DNA from: Mycoplasma sp. CAG:776
GTDB lineage: Bacteria; Bacillota_I; Bacilli_A; RF39; UBA660
Direction: 5' to 3'
DNA: 32,000 nt
Assembly (NCBI GenBank): GCA_000438195.1
Contig: FR903077.1
Span: forward strand, 112,814 to 144,813
This document shows positions 9,253-17,589 of this stretch, one piece after another. The position numbers were made by a program, and so were the translations under genes. The notes below the pieces were generated by a model. The model worked only from the letters and a program-made list of their open reading frames with translations. It did no database searches and was not told where the DNA came from. The number at the start of each line of letters is the position of its first letter. Positions within the stretch are counted from its first letter, which is position 1.

Positions 9253-9281
9253 AGTATAACATAACATTGCTTAATCGTAAA
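9253..9281 (-). promoter_or_regulatory. Putative sigma-A promoter driving the short minus-strand transcript that ends at the 9091-9115 terminator
   Basis: The minus strand reads TTTACG-17 nt-TATACT. Confidence 0.4.
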
Positions 9282-9342
9282 TAAAAGAACTTTATTTATT
9301 TTAAAAAATATGATAGGATAACAAATTATAAAGGAGTATAGT

Positions 9343-9855
9343 ATGCAATTAGAAAATATTTTATTAAATGAAAACGTCATAAGTTATACCTATCAACATT
9401 TAAAAGAACTATTAAAAATAATACCTGAATTAAAATTAACAATAAACTTTAACCAACATCATCCTCACCACCATTTAACAGTATTTAATCATACACTTTT
9501 AGCAATATCTTTTGCACCTAAAGATTACACGCTTCGTCTAACTCTTTTGTTACATGATATAGGTAAAGTTTATAGTTTTGTTGAAAAAGATGGAGTTAGG
9601 CATTACCCAAATCATGCTGAAATATCTAGCCAAATTGCACGTAATATTTTAGTAAGATTAGGATATGACTTAGAATATATAAACATTATTTGTGAATTAA
9701 TTAAATGGCATGACACTAAGATAAATGAACAAGATATAAAAGAAAACTATGATTTTTATTATATGTTATATCAAATTCAATATTGTGATGCTTTATCTCA
9801 TCATCCTTTAAAATTAGAGAATAGAGTGAGTTATTTAAATGAATTAAAAAAATAA
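9343..9855 (+). CDS. HD-domain metal-dependent phosphohydrolase
   Basis: H...HD signature (HHLTVFNHTLL ... LLLHDIGK ... HAEISS ... WHD). RBS AAAGGAG 8 nt upstream. Confidence 0.7.
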   Translation: MQLENILLNENVISYTYQHLKELLKIIPELKLTINFNQHHPHHHLTVFNHTLLAISFAPKDYTLRLTLLLHDIGKVYSFVEKDGVRHYPNHAEISSQIARNILVRLGYDLEYINIICELIKWHDTKINEQDIKENYDFYYMLYQIQYCDALSHHPLKLENRVSYLNELKK

Positions 9856-9939
9856 TAGAAGAATACGAATACACAAGATAAATATTTTATTGTTTTAGAG
9901 TTTAAAATATGCTATATTTAAAATCGGGAGTGTAAAAAA

Positions 9940-12075
9940 ATGAATGAAACAATAATAAAAAATATATGTTTAGAATTAAACATTAAAGAATATCAAGTAA
10001 AAAATACTTTAAATTTATTAAGCGAAGGAGCAACAATGCCTTTTATTGCTAGATATCGTAAAGAAGCAACCGGAGCCTTAGATGAAAATGAGATTAACCA
10101 TATTAATGAAGTATATACCTATCAAGTAAACTTACTAAAAAGGAAAGATGATGTAATTCGTTTGATAGATGAAAAAGGATTACTTACTGAAGAATTAAGA
10201 ACAAGTATTATGAATGCCGAAAAACTAGTAGATGTAGAAGATTTATATCGACCATTTAAAGAAAAGAAAAAAACAAAGGCAACAGAAGCCATTAAGCTAG
10301 GACTAGAACCTCTTGCCAAGGAAATATTTAGAGAGAATAAAGATATTTTAAATATAGCTAAAAATTTCCTAAATGAGAAAGTTCCAACTATTGAGTTTGC
10401 TTTAGAACAAGCATGTTTTATTGTCGCTGAAAATATATCCGATAATGCTAGTTTTCGTAAATACATTAGAAACTATCTATATCGTAATGGAGTAATAAAA
10501 TCAAGTGCAAAGAAAAATAGTAAAGATGAAGAAAAAATATACGAAATGTATTATAATTTTGAAATAAAAGTAAGTTGGATCAAACCTCATCAGTTACTAG
10601 CAATGAATAGAGGTGAAAAAGAAGGAGCATTAAAGGTAGAAATATCAGCTCCAATGGAAAAAGTAGAAAGTTTTTTAGAAAATAAACTAATTCATAAAAA
10701 TAATAAAGAAACAACAGAGCTATTAAAAACAAGCATTACTGATGCCTTAAAAAGATTGATTATGCCAAGCATTGAAAGAGAAATTAGAGCGGATTTAACA
10801 GAAGTTGCCGAAGAAAGTGCCATTAAAAATTTTGGAACGAATTTAAAGAATTTACTAATGCAACCACCAATAAAAAGTAGAACAGTATTAGGATTTGATC
10901 CCGCCTTTAGAACTGGCTGTAAATTAGCAGTAATCTCTCCAACTGGTTCTTTATTACACATAGATGTTATCTATCCTCATGAACCTAAAAATGATTATGA
11001 AGGATCAAAAAAGAAATTATTAGACTTAATCAGTAAATATAATATTGATGTAATAGCAATTGGAAATGGTACAGCCTCAAGAGAATCAGAAAGTTTTGTT
11101 GCAAGTGTAATAAAAGAAGCAAACAGAGAAGTATCATATATAATTGTTAATGAAGCGGGTGCAAGTGTGTATTCTGCCTCTAAATTAGCCCAAGAAGAAT
11201 TTCCTGATTTACATGTTGAAGAACGTAGTGCGGTATCCATTGCTAGACGCCTAATAGATCCTTTAAGTGAACTAGTAAAAATAGAACCAAAAAGTATTGG
11301 CGTAGGAATGTATCAACATGATGTAACACCGAAAAAATTAGATGGAGAACTAGAATTTGTAGTATCAACTGCTGTGAACTCAGTTGGTGTAAATGTAAAT
11401 ACTGCCTCAAGAGAACTATTATCGTATATATCAGGATTAAATAAAAAAGTAATTGATAAATTACTCGATTATAAAGAAAAAGTTGGAAGTATATTATCTC
11501 GTAAAGAATTATCGAAAGTATTTAGTGAAAAAGTATATGAGCAAGCAATAGGGTTCTTAAGAATTCCTGAAGGAAATAACATATTAGATAAAACTTCTAT
11601 TCACCCAGAAAGTTACAATATTGTAAGTGAATTGTTAAAGAAATGTGATTTAACAGAAAATGATATAGGTAAAGAGAAAATAAAAGAAAAATTAAACAAT
11701 ATTGATATTGAAAAGTTAAGCGAAGAACTGAAAACAGATAAATATACATTAGAAGATATCATAAAGTCATTAATATCACCCCTTAGAGATCCAAGAGATG
11801 AATTAAATGCCCCAATTTTAAAAAGTGATATATTAACAATTGATGATCTTAAAATAGGTATGGAATTACAAGGTACAGTAAGAAATGTAATTGATTTTGG
11901 AGCTTTTATTGATATAGGGCTTAAAAATGATGCTTTAGTTCATATTTCTGAAATAACTGATAAATATATTAAACATCCAAGTGAAATCTTAAACGTGGGC
12001 GATATTGTAAAATGTTATGTTTTAGATATTGACAAAGAGAAAAAAAGGGTATCCTTGACATTAAAAAAGAAGTAA
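9940..12075 (+). CDS. tex: Tex-family transcription accessory protein (YqgF/RuvC-like, HhH and C-terminal S1 domains)
   Basis: N-terminal 'PFIARYRKEATG' Tex motif, central YqgF-like region (VLGFDPAFRTGCKLAVI), C-terminal S1 domain (GTVRNVIDFGAFIDIG...DALVHISE). 711 aa. Confidence 0.9.
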   Translation: MNETIIKNICLELNIKEYQVKNTLNLLSEGATMPFIARYRKEATGALDENEINHINEVYTYQVNLLKRKDDVIRLIDEKGLLTEELRTSIMNAEKLVDVEDLYRPFKEKKKTKATEAIKLGLEPLAKEIFRENKDILNIAKNFLNEKVPTIEFALEQACFIVAENISDNASFRKYIRNYLYRNGVIKSSAKKNSKDEEKIYEMYYNFEIKVSWIKPHQLLAMNRGEKEGALKVEISAPMEKVESFLENKLIHKNNKETTELLKTSITDALKRLIMPSIEREIRADLTEVAEESAIKNFGTNLKNLLMQPPIKSRTVLGFDPAFRTGCKLAVISPTGSLLHIDVIYPHEPKNDYEGSKKKLLDLISKYNIDVIAIGNGTASRESESFVASVIKEANREVSYIIVNEAGASVYSASKLAQEEFPDLHVEERSAVSIARRLIDPLSELVKIEPKSIGVGMYQHDVTPKKLDGELEFVVSTAVNSVGVNVNTASRELLSYISGLNKKVIDKLLDYKEKVGSILSRKELSKVFSEKVYEQAIGFLRIPEGNNILDKTSIHPESYNIVSELLKKCDLTENDIGKEKIKEKLNNIDIEKLSEELKTDKYTLEDIIKSLISPLRDPRDELNAPILKSDILTIDDLKIGMELQGTVRNVIDFGAFIDIGLKNDALVHISEITDKYIKHPSEILNVGDIVKCYVLDIDKEKKRVSLTLKKK

Positions 12076-12109
12076 AGTAAAAATTTTCACAAAAAATACA
12101 AAAAAGTAG

Positions 12110-12138
12110 TTGAAATAATATAAATTTTTTGATATGAT
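12110..12138 (+). promoter_or_regulatory. Putative strong sigma-A promoter of the first TasA-like gene
   Basis: TTGAAA-17 nt-TATGAT with a TGA extended -10, followed by the perfect SD AAAGGAGG. Confidence 0.5.
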
Positions 12139-12168
12139 TTTTACAGTAAAGGAGGTAAGACAATAGTT

Positions 12169-12846
12169 ATGGAAAAGAAGAACACAATTCTTTTGACAGT
12201 AATCGCAGTAGCTACTCTATTAGTTGCAGTAGTAGGTGCAACATTTGCATACTTCACAGCAACTACTGGTAATTCAGGAGATACATCTTCAACTGGAAAA
12301 GTACAAACTGCAAAAGTAGCAAGTGTAACATTAAAAACTGCAGCAGCAGGAACTTCAAATACAACAATTTATCCAGGAACAACTAACTATGCTGGAATGA
12401 CAGTTGTAGCTGAAAAAACTGGAGATAATGCCGCAGCTGACACAAGAGATTACAATGTTACTTACACATTAAAAGGTGAAGTTAAGTTAAGTGAAGAATT
12501 TACTGCTGGAAAAGTAACTTACAGTGTTTACAGAACTGAAAGCCCAGTTAGCAATCCAGTTACATGTCAAGAAGTAACTTCAACTGGTGCTAAATATTCT
12601 CAAACTTGTACTTTAGCAAAGGAACTTGAAAGTGCTACAAAAATAGTTGATAATCAAGAAGTAAGTGGAACTACTGCAACTATTAGTGTTGGTGATCAAG
12701 TTCGTTCAACTGCAGGCGGAACATATTATTACTATTTAGTAGTATCTTATGAAAATCTTGAATCAGATCAAAATGCTGATCAAGGAAAAACTATTACAGC
12801 TTCATTAACTACTCCAGATATTACAGGAACAGCAGAGGCTGAATAA
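12169..12846 (+). CDS. Secreted TasA/camelysin-like fibre subunit candidate with SipW-cognate signal peptide
   Basis: N-terminus MEKKNTILLTVIAVATLLVAVVGATFAYFTATT matches the SipW-cognate signal-peptide class (…G.TFAYFT/S.). T/A/G/V-rich beta-type sequence. Biased, GC-richer codon usage suggests high expression. Own promoter and terminator. Confidence 0.8.
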   Translation: MEKKNTILLTVIAVATLLVAVVGATFAYFTATTGNSGDTSSTGKVQTAKVASVTLKTAAAGTSNTTIYPGTTNYAGMTVVAEKTGDNAAADTRDYNVTYTLKGEVKLSEEFTAGKVTYSVYRTESPVSNPVTCQEVTSTGAKYSQTCTLAKELESATKIVDNQEVSGTTATISVGDQVRSTAGGTYYYYLVVSYENLESDQNADQGKTITASLTTPDITGTAEAE

Positions 12847-12873
12847 TAGCAACAAAAAACTATTGAAAACCTA

Positions 12874-12901
12874 AAATCTATCATAAAGATAGATTTTTTT
12901 T
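12874..12901 (+). terminator. Rho-independent terminator after the first TasA-like gene
   Basis: AAATCTATC-ataaa-GATAGATTT followed by a T-run. Confidence 0.75.
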
Positions 12902-12971
12902 GACCCTTAATATAAGATATAGCTCGTCATACCAATATATAGTATAATATAAATTATATGGTGGTGATGAC

Positions 12972-14150
12972 ATGGAAAAGAAAGAAATACTAGAAGCAAT
13001 AGAAATTCTTAGAAAATATAACTCTGAAACAAATAGAATAGAAGCCAAAAGTGCAGTTAAATGATTTCCTAAAAATGTTATGACACTTTTTCAAGCTTTT
13101 CTAATAAATATGGTAGAATAATAATTTTTGGATTAAGCGAAGAAAATAATTTTAAAACAGAAGGAATATATGATGTTAAAGATCTTCAAAGAAAAATAAC
13201 CAATTTATGTAAGATTCTATAGAGCCTTCATTGCGATGTGATATATTACCAACAGAATTTGAAGGTAAGAATATTTTAGCAGTCAAAATAGAGGAATTAC
13301 CTCAAAATAAAAAACCATGCTTCTATAAACCAAAAGGATTAAAAAATGGATCATATATAAGAGAGGGTGATTAGATGAGTTAATGACAGATTATGAAATT
13401 TATGCACTCCAAAGTTATAATGATCACGTTATAGAAGATAAAAGACCGACAAAAAATTCTAATATAGAAGACCTAAATTTGCAATCAATCAATAATTATA
13501 TAGAGAAAATAAAAATAGATAAACCCAACTTTGCAAAAAATAGTTTTGAAAAAAGTCTAAAATTATGTGGAATAGTTGACAGTGTTGGTCAAAAAATTGT
13601 TCCTACTCTTGCAGGAACTTTAATCTTTGGAGATTATCCTCAAAGTTATTATCCTCAATTATTTATTGCATGCGCTGTTATTCCAAGGACAACAATTGGT
13701 GAAGTTGGAAATTTAAGAGAACGTTTTATAGATAATAAAAGGGTAGAAGGCACAATTGAAGAAATGATTTAGGAAACTATGAATTTTTCTAAGAAGAAAT
13801 ATGAAAAACAAAATAATCATAAATTCAAATGGTGAAAGAATAAATAGTACAAAATATCCTCTAAAAGCATTAAGAAAAGCAGTAGCTAATGCTCTAATAC
13901 ATAGAGATTATAGTATAGAAACAGAAAATGCATATATTTCTGTATATGTATGAAGATAGAATTGAAATAATTAATCCAGGAGCTTTATATGGCATGAATA
14001 AAATTGAAAAATTAGGGACTTCGGTAGTAATGGAAATCCGAATATTATAAGAATATTAGAAGAAAAAGGATCAATAATTGAAAATAGACATACAGATATT
14101 TCAACAATGAAAAGAGAAATAAATAATAAAAAAGAATACTTAATTGGAAT
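12972..14150 (+). pseudogene. Decayed AlbA_2 (Schlafen-like) / ATP-binding transcriptional regulator gene
   Basis: Starts ATG 12972 (RBS GGTGGTGA). In-frame TGA at 13062. Homologous segments are scattered over all three frames (…IIIFGLSEENNFKTEGIYDVKDLQRKITNLC / DSIEPSLRCDILPTEFEGKNILAVKIEELPQNKKPCFYKPKGLKNGSYIREGD / MTDYEIYAL… / …YPLKALRKAVANALIHRDYSIE…DRIEIINPGALYG). Only 13383..13772 remains as an ORF. Confidence 0.75.
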
Positions 14151-14191
14151 GAACATATTCATTTCTTTTTATGTAAAATAAAGAAAATGTA

Positions 14192-14220
14192 TTGAAAAAA
14201 AAGTAATAATTTGATAAGAT
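14192..14220 (+). promoter_or_regulatory. Putative promoter of the second TasA-like gene
   Basis: TTGAAA-17 nt-TAAGAT with TGA just upstream of the -10. Same architecture as the 12110 promoter. Confidence 0.4.
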
Positions 14221-14246
14221 TAAAGCATAATATGGAGGTCTTAGTA

Positions 14247-14795
14247 ATGAGTATTGGAAAGAAAAATGTAATTTTAGCAGTAGTATTATGTATATCAATT
14301 TCTGTTATAGGCATATCATTTGCTTATTTTACAAGTGGAGTAACTGTAAGTGGTGAAGGAAGTAAAACAGAATTAAAACCAGCAGATATGTTAAAAGTTA
14401 GTTATGATGCAGGATCAAATTCTATAAATTTAGCAAATGCAATGCCAGGAACAACAGCAAGTAAAGATTTTAGTGTAACAGTTACACCAACAGAAAGTGA
14501 AAAAAGTGTAACTTATGCAATTGTATTAGATATTAGTAACAATAATTTTGAAAAAGTTAATGTAAATGAACTAGAATATACACTAAAAAGTAAAGAAGGA
14601 AGCGTTTTAAGTAGTGGAGATTTAACTGAAGCTCAAGGGAAAATTACTTTGTTAAAAGAAACAAAAACAGTCGAAACAGCAACAACTTTTGAGTATAGTT
14701 TAGAAATTACTTATAAAGAAACTGGATCAGATCAAAATCATAATGCTAATAAGACATTTAGCAGCAATTTAAAGGTTGAGTTTGCTGAAGCATAA
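14247..14795 (+). CDS. Second secreted TasA-like protein with SipW-cognate signal peptide
   Basis: Best start is ATG 14247 (RBS ATGGAGGT). MSIGKKNVILAVVLCISISVIGISFAYFTSGV signal. The mature part aligns by eye with the C-terminal domain of the downstream repeat protein. Confidence 0.8.
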   Translation: MSIGKKNVILAVVLCISISVIGISFAYFTSGVTVSGEGSKTELKPADMLKVSYDAGSNSINLANAMPGTTASKDFSVTVTPTESEKSVTYAIVLDISNNNFEKVNVNELEYTLKSKEGSVLSSGDLTEAQGKITLLKETKTVETATTFEYSLEITYKETGSDQNHNANKTFSSNLKVEFAEA

Positions 14796-14841
14796 GTGAA
14801 AAAAATATGTTAGAAATGTGATAAAAAATCAATTTTTGATA

Positions 14842-14870
14842 TTGCAAGTAATAAATGGTTATGTTATACT
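14842..14870 (+). promoter_or_regulatory. Putative sigma-A promoter of the repeat-protein gene
   Basis: TTGCAA-17 nt-TATACT. The -10 and flanking 26 nt are repeated at 9240-9265 on the minus strand. Confidence 0.45.
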
Positions 14871-14894
14871 TTTAAATAGTAGGGAGTGTTCCAA

Positions 14895-17486
14895 ATGAAC
14901 GATAGCAATTTACAAGAACAATATGCATTATTAGAAGAGGAGAAAAAAGAAAATAACAAAAAAACTATTATAATTATTATCTTATGTATTTTAATTATTT
15001 TAGTAACAATTTTAGGAATAGTATTTTCATTATCTGGACGCAAGAAAACATGTACAATAAATTGTGATTTAGATGGTGATGGCATAATTGAAACCAACAT
15101 TGATTTAGATGGCGATGGAATTTGTGACGTTAACTGCGATACTGATGGTGATGGTAAACCAGATATTAATATTGATTGGAAAGGTGATAGAAAACCACAT
15201 TTCAATATTGATACAGATGGTGATGGAAAGCCAGATGTTAATTTAGTAAATAAGGATACAGATGGTGATGGAAAACCAGATTTCAATATTGATTTAGATG
15301 ATGACGGATGGCCTGATATTAATATTGATTTAGACAATACAAATACTTGTGATTTAAATTGTGATACTGATGGCGATAATAAACCAGACATAAATATAGA
15401 TGCTAATGGTGATGGCAAACCAGATGTAAATGTGGATACCGATGGAGATGGTAAACCAGATAAAAATTTAATAGATCAAGATACTGATGGTGATGGTGTA
15501 TGTGATTTAAACTGTGACACCGATGGTGATGGTTTTCCAGATACAAATATTGATACAAACGGTGATGGAAAACCAGATTTGAATATTGATAATGACAATG
15601 ATGGTGTGTGTGATGTAAATTGCGATACCAATAATGATGGTAAACCAGATGTAAATATTGATATAGATGGTGATGGTAAACCAGATATAAATGTAGATAC
15701 CGATGGCGATGGAAAACCAGATGAAAATAAAACAAATCAAGATACTGATAATGATGGTGTATGTGACTTAAATTGTGATACGAACCATGATGGCAAACCG
15801 GATATCAATATTGATATAGATGGTGATGGAAAACCAGACATTAACATCGATACTGATGATGATGGTGTATGTGATATAAATTGTGATACTGATGGTGATG
15901 GAAAGCCAGATATCAATATTGATACTGATAATGATGGAACATGTGATTTAAATTGTGATACTAATGGCAATGGAAAGCCAGATATCAATATTGATGCTGA
16001 TAATGATGGAACATGTGATTTAAATTGTGATACTGATGGCGATGGCAAACCGGATATAAATATTGACTATGATGGCGATGGCAAACCAGACTTTAATGTA
16101 GATACTGATAAAGATGGCAAACCAGATAAAAATTTAACAGATCAAGATACCAATGGTGACGGTGTATGTGACCTAAACTGTGATACAGATAAGGACGGCT
16201 TCCCAGATACTAATATTGATATAGATGGTGATGGAAAACCAGACATTAACATCGATACTGATGGTGATGGAAAACCAGACATTAACATTGATGTAGATAA
16301 AGATGGCAAACCAGATGTAAATATCGATACCGATGGTGATGGCAAACCAGATGAAAATTTAACCGACCAAGATACCAATGGCGATGGTGTATGTGACTTA
16401 AATTGTGATACTGATGGTGATGGAAAACCGGATACTAATATAGATGTAGATGGTGATAAAAATCCAGACATTAACATCGATACTGATAATGATGGAGTTT
16501 GTGATTTAAATTGTGACACTGATGGCGATGGTAAACCGGATACTAATATAGATGTAGATGGTGATGGCAAACCAGACATAAATATTGATACCGATGGTGA
16601 TGGAAAGCCAGATGAAAATTTAACCGACCAAGATACCAATGGTGATGGCGTATGTGATCTAAATTGCGATACCAATAATGATGGCAAACCAGACACTAAT
16701 ATAGATGTAGATGGCGATGGTGTATGCGATCTAAATTGTGATAATAATGGTGATGGTGTATGTGACACAAATTGTGTAGGAGAGCTATATAGTAGTGCAG
16801 ACTTAAGCAGTTTAAAAGTAGGAAACTATACATTAAAACCAAGCTTTAATAAAGATATTACTGATTATACAGTTGAGGTTGATAGTAATTTAACCGAAGT
16901 ATTAGTAAGTGCAACAGCTGTAAATTCAAAATCTAAAATAATTGGAGCTGGAACAGTAAAACTAACAAGTGACTCAACAAGAGTATCAATTACCGTAATT
17001 GCTCAAAATGGAAAGACTAAAACTTATAATATTACAATTAATAAAGCTAAGAACCCTAGTACTTCTGAAGAAGGAAGTGGAAATGTAGATATTGGGACAT
17101 CAGAAAATGGAATTTTAACTGTAAGTTTTACAAAGCCAATGTATGCAACAAATATATGGCCAGGATGGACGGGAATACACGAATTTACAATAAAAAATAA
17201 TTCTGATAAAGCTGTTGTGTATAATATAAATTTAATAAATGTAACAAATACATTTACAAGTGATAATTTTGTATACACCCTAGTAAAAGATGGAAAAACA
17301 CTTATCACTAAAACTCCAGCTTTAAAATCAGATGGTAAAGTAATTGAAAACCTAGTGATAGCACCTGGAGAAACAGCTGTTTTCCAAATGAATTATGAAT
17401 TTGTAGAAATTGGTAAACCACAAGATTATGATCAAGGTAAAAACTATAAAGGAACCATAGAAATACAAATTGTATCTGCAAATTAA
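14895..17486 (+). CDS. Membrane-anchored giant Asp/Cys-rich calcium-binding repeat protein (thrombospondin type-3-like repeats, cadherin-like beta-sandwich, TasA-like C-terminal domain)
   Basis: ATG 14895 after TAGGGAG. N-terminal TM IIIIILCILIILVTILGIVFSL. About 570 aa of DxDGDGKPDxNID units punctuated by 15 CxxNC motifs. 'LSSLKVGNYTLKPSFNKDITDYTVEV…ITVIAQNGKTKTYNITI' fits the cadherin-like beta-sandwich pattern. The last ~130 aa resemble the two small TasA-like proteins. Confidence 0.85.
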   Translation: MNDSNLQEQYALLEEEKKENNKKTIIIIILCILIILVTILGIVFSLSGRKKTCTINCDLDGDGIIETNIDLDGDGICDVNCDTDGDGKPDINIDWKGDRKPHFNIDTDGDGKPDVNLVNKDTDGDGKPDFNIDLDDDGWPDINIDLDNTNTCDLNCDTDGDNKPDINIDANGDGKPDVNVDTDGDGKPDKNLIDQDTDGDGVCDLNCDTDGDGFPDTNIDTNGDGKPDLNIDNDNDGVCDVNCDTNNDGKPDVNIDIDGDGKPDINVDTDGDGKPDENKTNQDTDNDGVCDLNCDTNHDGKPDINIDIDGDGKPDINIDTDDDGVCDINCDTDGDGKPDINIDTDNDGTCDLNCDTNGNGKPDINIDADNDGTCDLNCDTDGDGKPDINIDYDGDGKPDFNVDTDKDGKPDKNLTDQDTNGDGVCDLNCDTDKDGFPDTNIDIDGDGKPDINIDTDGDGKPDINIDVDKDGKPDVNIDTDGDGKPDENLTDQDTNGDGVCDLNCDTDGDGKPDTNIDVDGDKNPDINIDTDNDGVCDLNCDTDGDGKPDTNIDVDGDGKPDINIDTDGDGKPDENLTDQDTNGDGVCDLNCDTNNDGKPDTNIDVDGDGVCDLNCDNNGDGVCDTNCVGELYSSADLSSLKVGNYTLKPSFNKDITDYTVEVDSNLTEVLVSATAVNSKSKIIGAGTVKLTSDSTRVSITVIAQNGKTKTYNITINKAKNPSTSEEGSGNVDIGTSENGILTVSFTKPMYATNIWPGWTGIHEFTIKNNSDKAVVYNINLINVTNTFTSDNFVYTLVKDGKTLITKTPALKSDGKVIENLVIAPGETAVFQMNYEFVEIGKPQDYDQGKNYKGTIEIQIVSAN
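15051..16775 (+). repeat. Coding tandem-repeat array (short ~10-13-codon DxDGDG units nested in a higher-order repeat of about 260 bp)
   Basis: Near-identical DNA blocks, e.g. 16326-16455 versus 16586-16715 (gataccgatggtgatgg…gatgaaaatttaaccgaccaagataccaatgg…). Repeated gatggtgatgg(a/c)aaaccaga motifs throughout. Confidence 0.9.
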
Positions 17487-17495
17487 AAAAGAGAA

Positions 17496-17522
17496 AGTAA
17501 ATATAAAAGTATTTACTTTTTT
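17496..17522 (+). terminator. Rho-independent terminator after the repeat-protein gene
   Basis: AGTAAATA-taaaag-TATTTACT followed by TTTTTT. Confidence 0.7.
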
Positions 17523-17534
17523 GATGGAATAATC

Positions 17535-17563
17535 TTGTATTTTAAGAAGTTATAAGCTATAAT
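17535..17563 (+). promoter_or_regulatory. Putative sigma-A promoter of sipW
   Basis: TTGTAT-17 nt-TATAAT. RBS AGGAGGGG precedes ATG 17590. Confidence 0.45.
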
Positions 17564-17589
17564 ATATAATAGAATAGGAGGGGCTCAAC

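Noticed and set aside
11969-12163. 64-aa minus-strand ORF across the tex 3' end and the promoter region of the TasA-like gene; likewise 13971..14162 (-) inside the pseudogene
   Set aside because: These are shadow ORFs in A/T-rich promoter or pseudogene sequence. They have no translation signals, and better explanations exist on the plus strand.
13062-13064. In-frame TGA in the AlbA_2-like gene as evidence for a TGA=Trp (code 4) organism
   Set aside because: TGG is used for Trp throughout. Several well-defined genes terminate at TGA (24399-24401 in an ATGA overlap, 29489-29491, 31998-32000). The same gene also needs multiple frameshifts, so it is a pseudogene rather than a recoded gene.
14864-16768. 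Five antisense ORFs (14864..15418, 15403..15735, 15507..15740, 15737..16048, 16142..16768) with S/P-rich or H/Y/I-rich translations
   Set aside because: They are the reverse complement or off-frame reading of the GAT/GGT/AAA/CCA-rich tandem repeats of the 14895..17486 gene. That repeat composition lacks stop codons in other frames. They have no RBS, and their low-complexity repeats mirror the sense-strand periodicity.
15051-16775. Regular short repeats considered as a possible CRISPR array
   Set aside because: The repeats are in-frame codon repeats of one long ORF, with no unique spacers of constant length, no palindromic repeat unit and no cas genes in the window.
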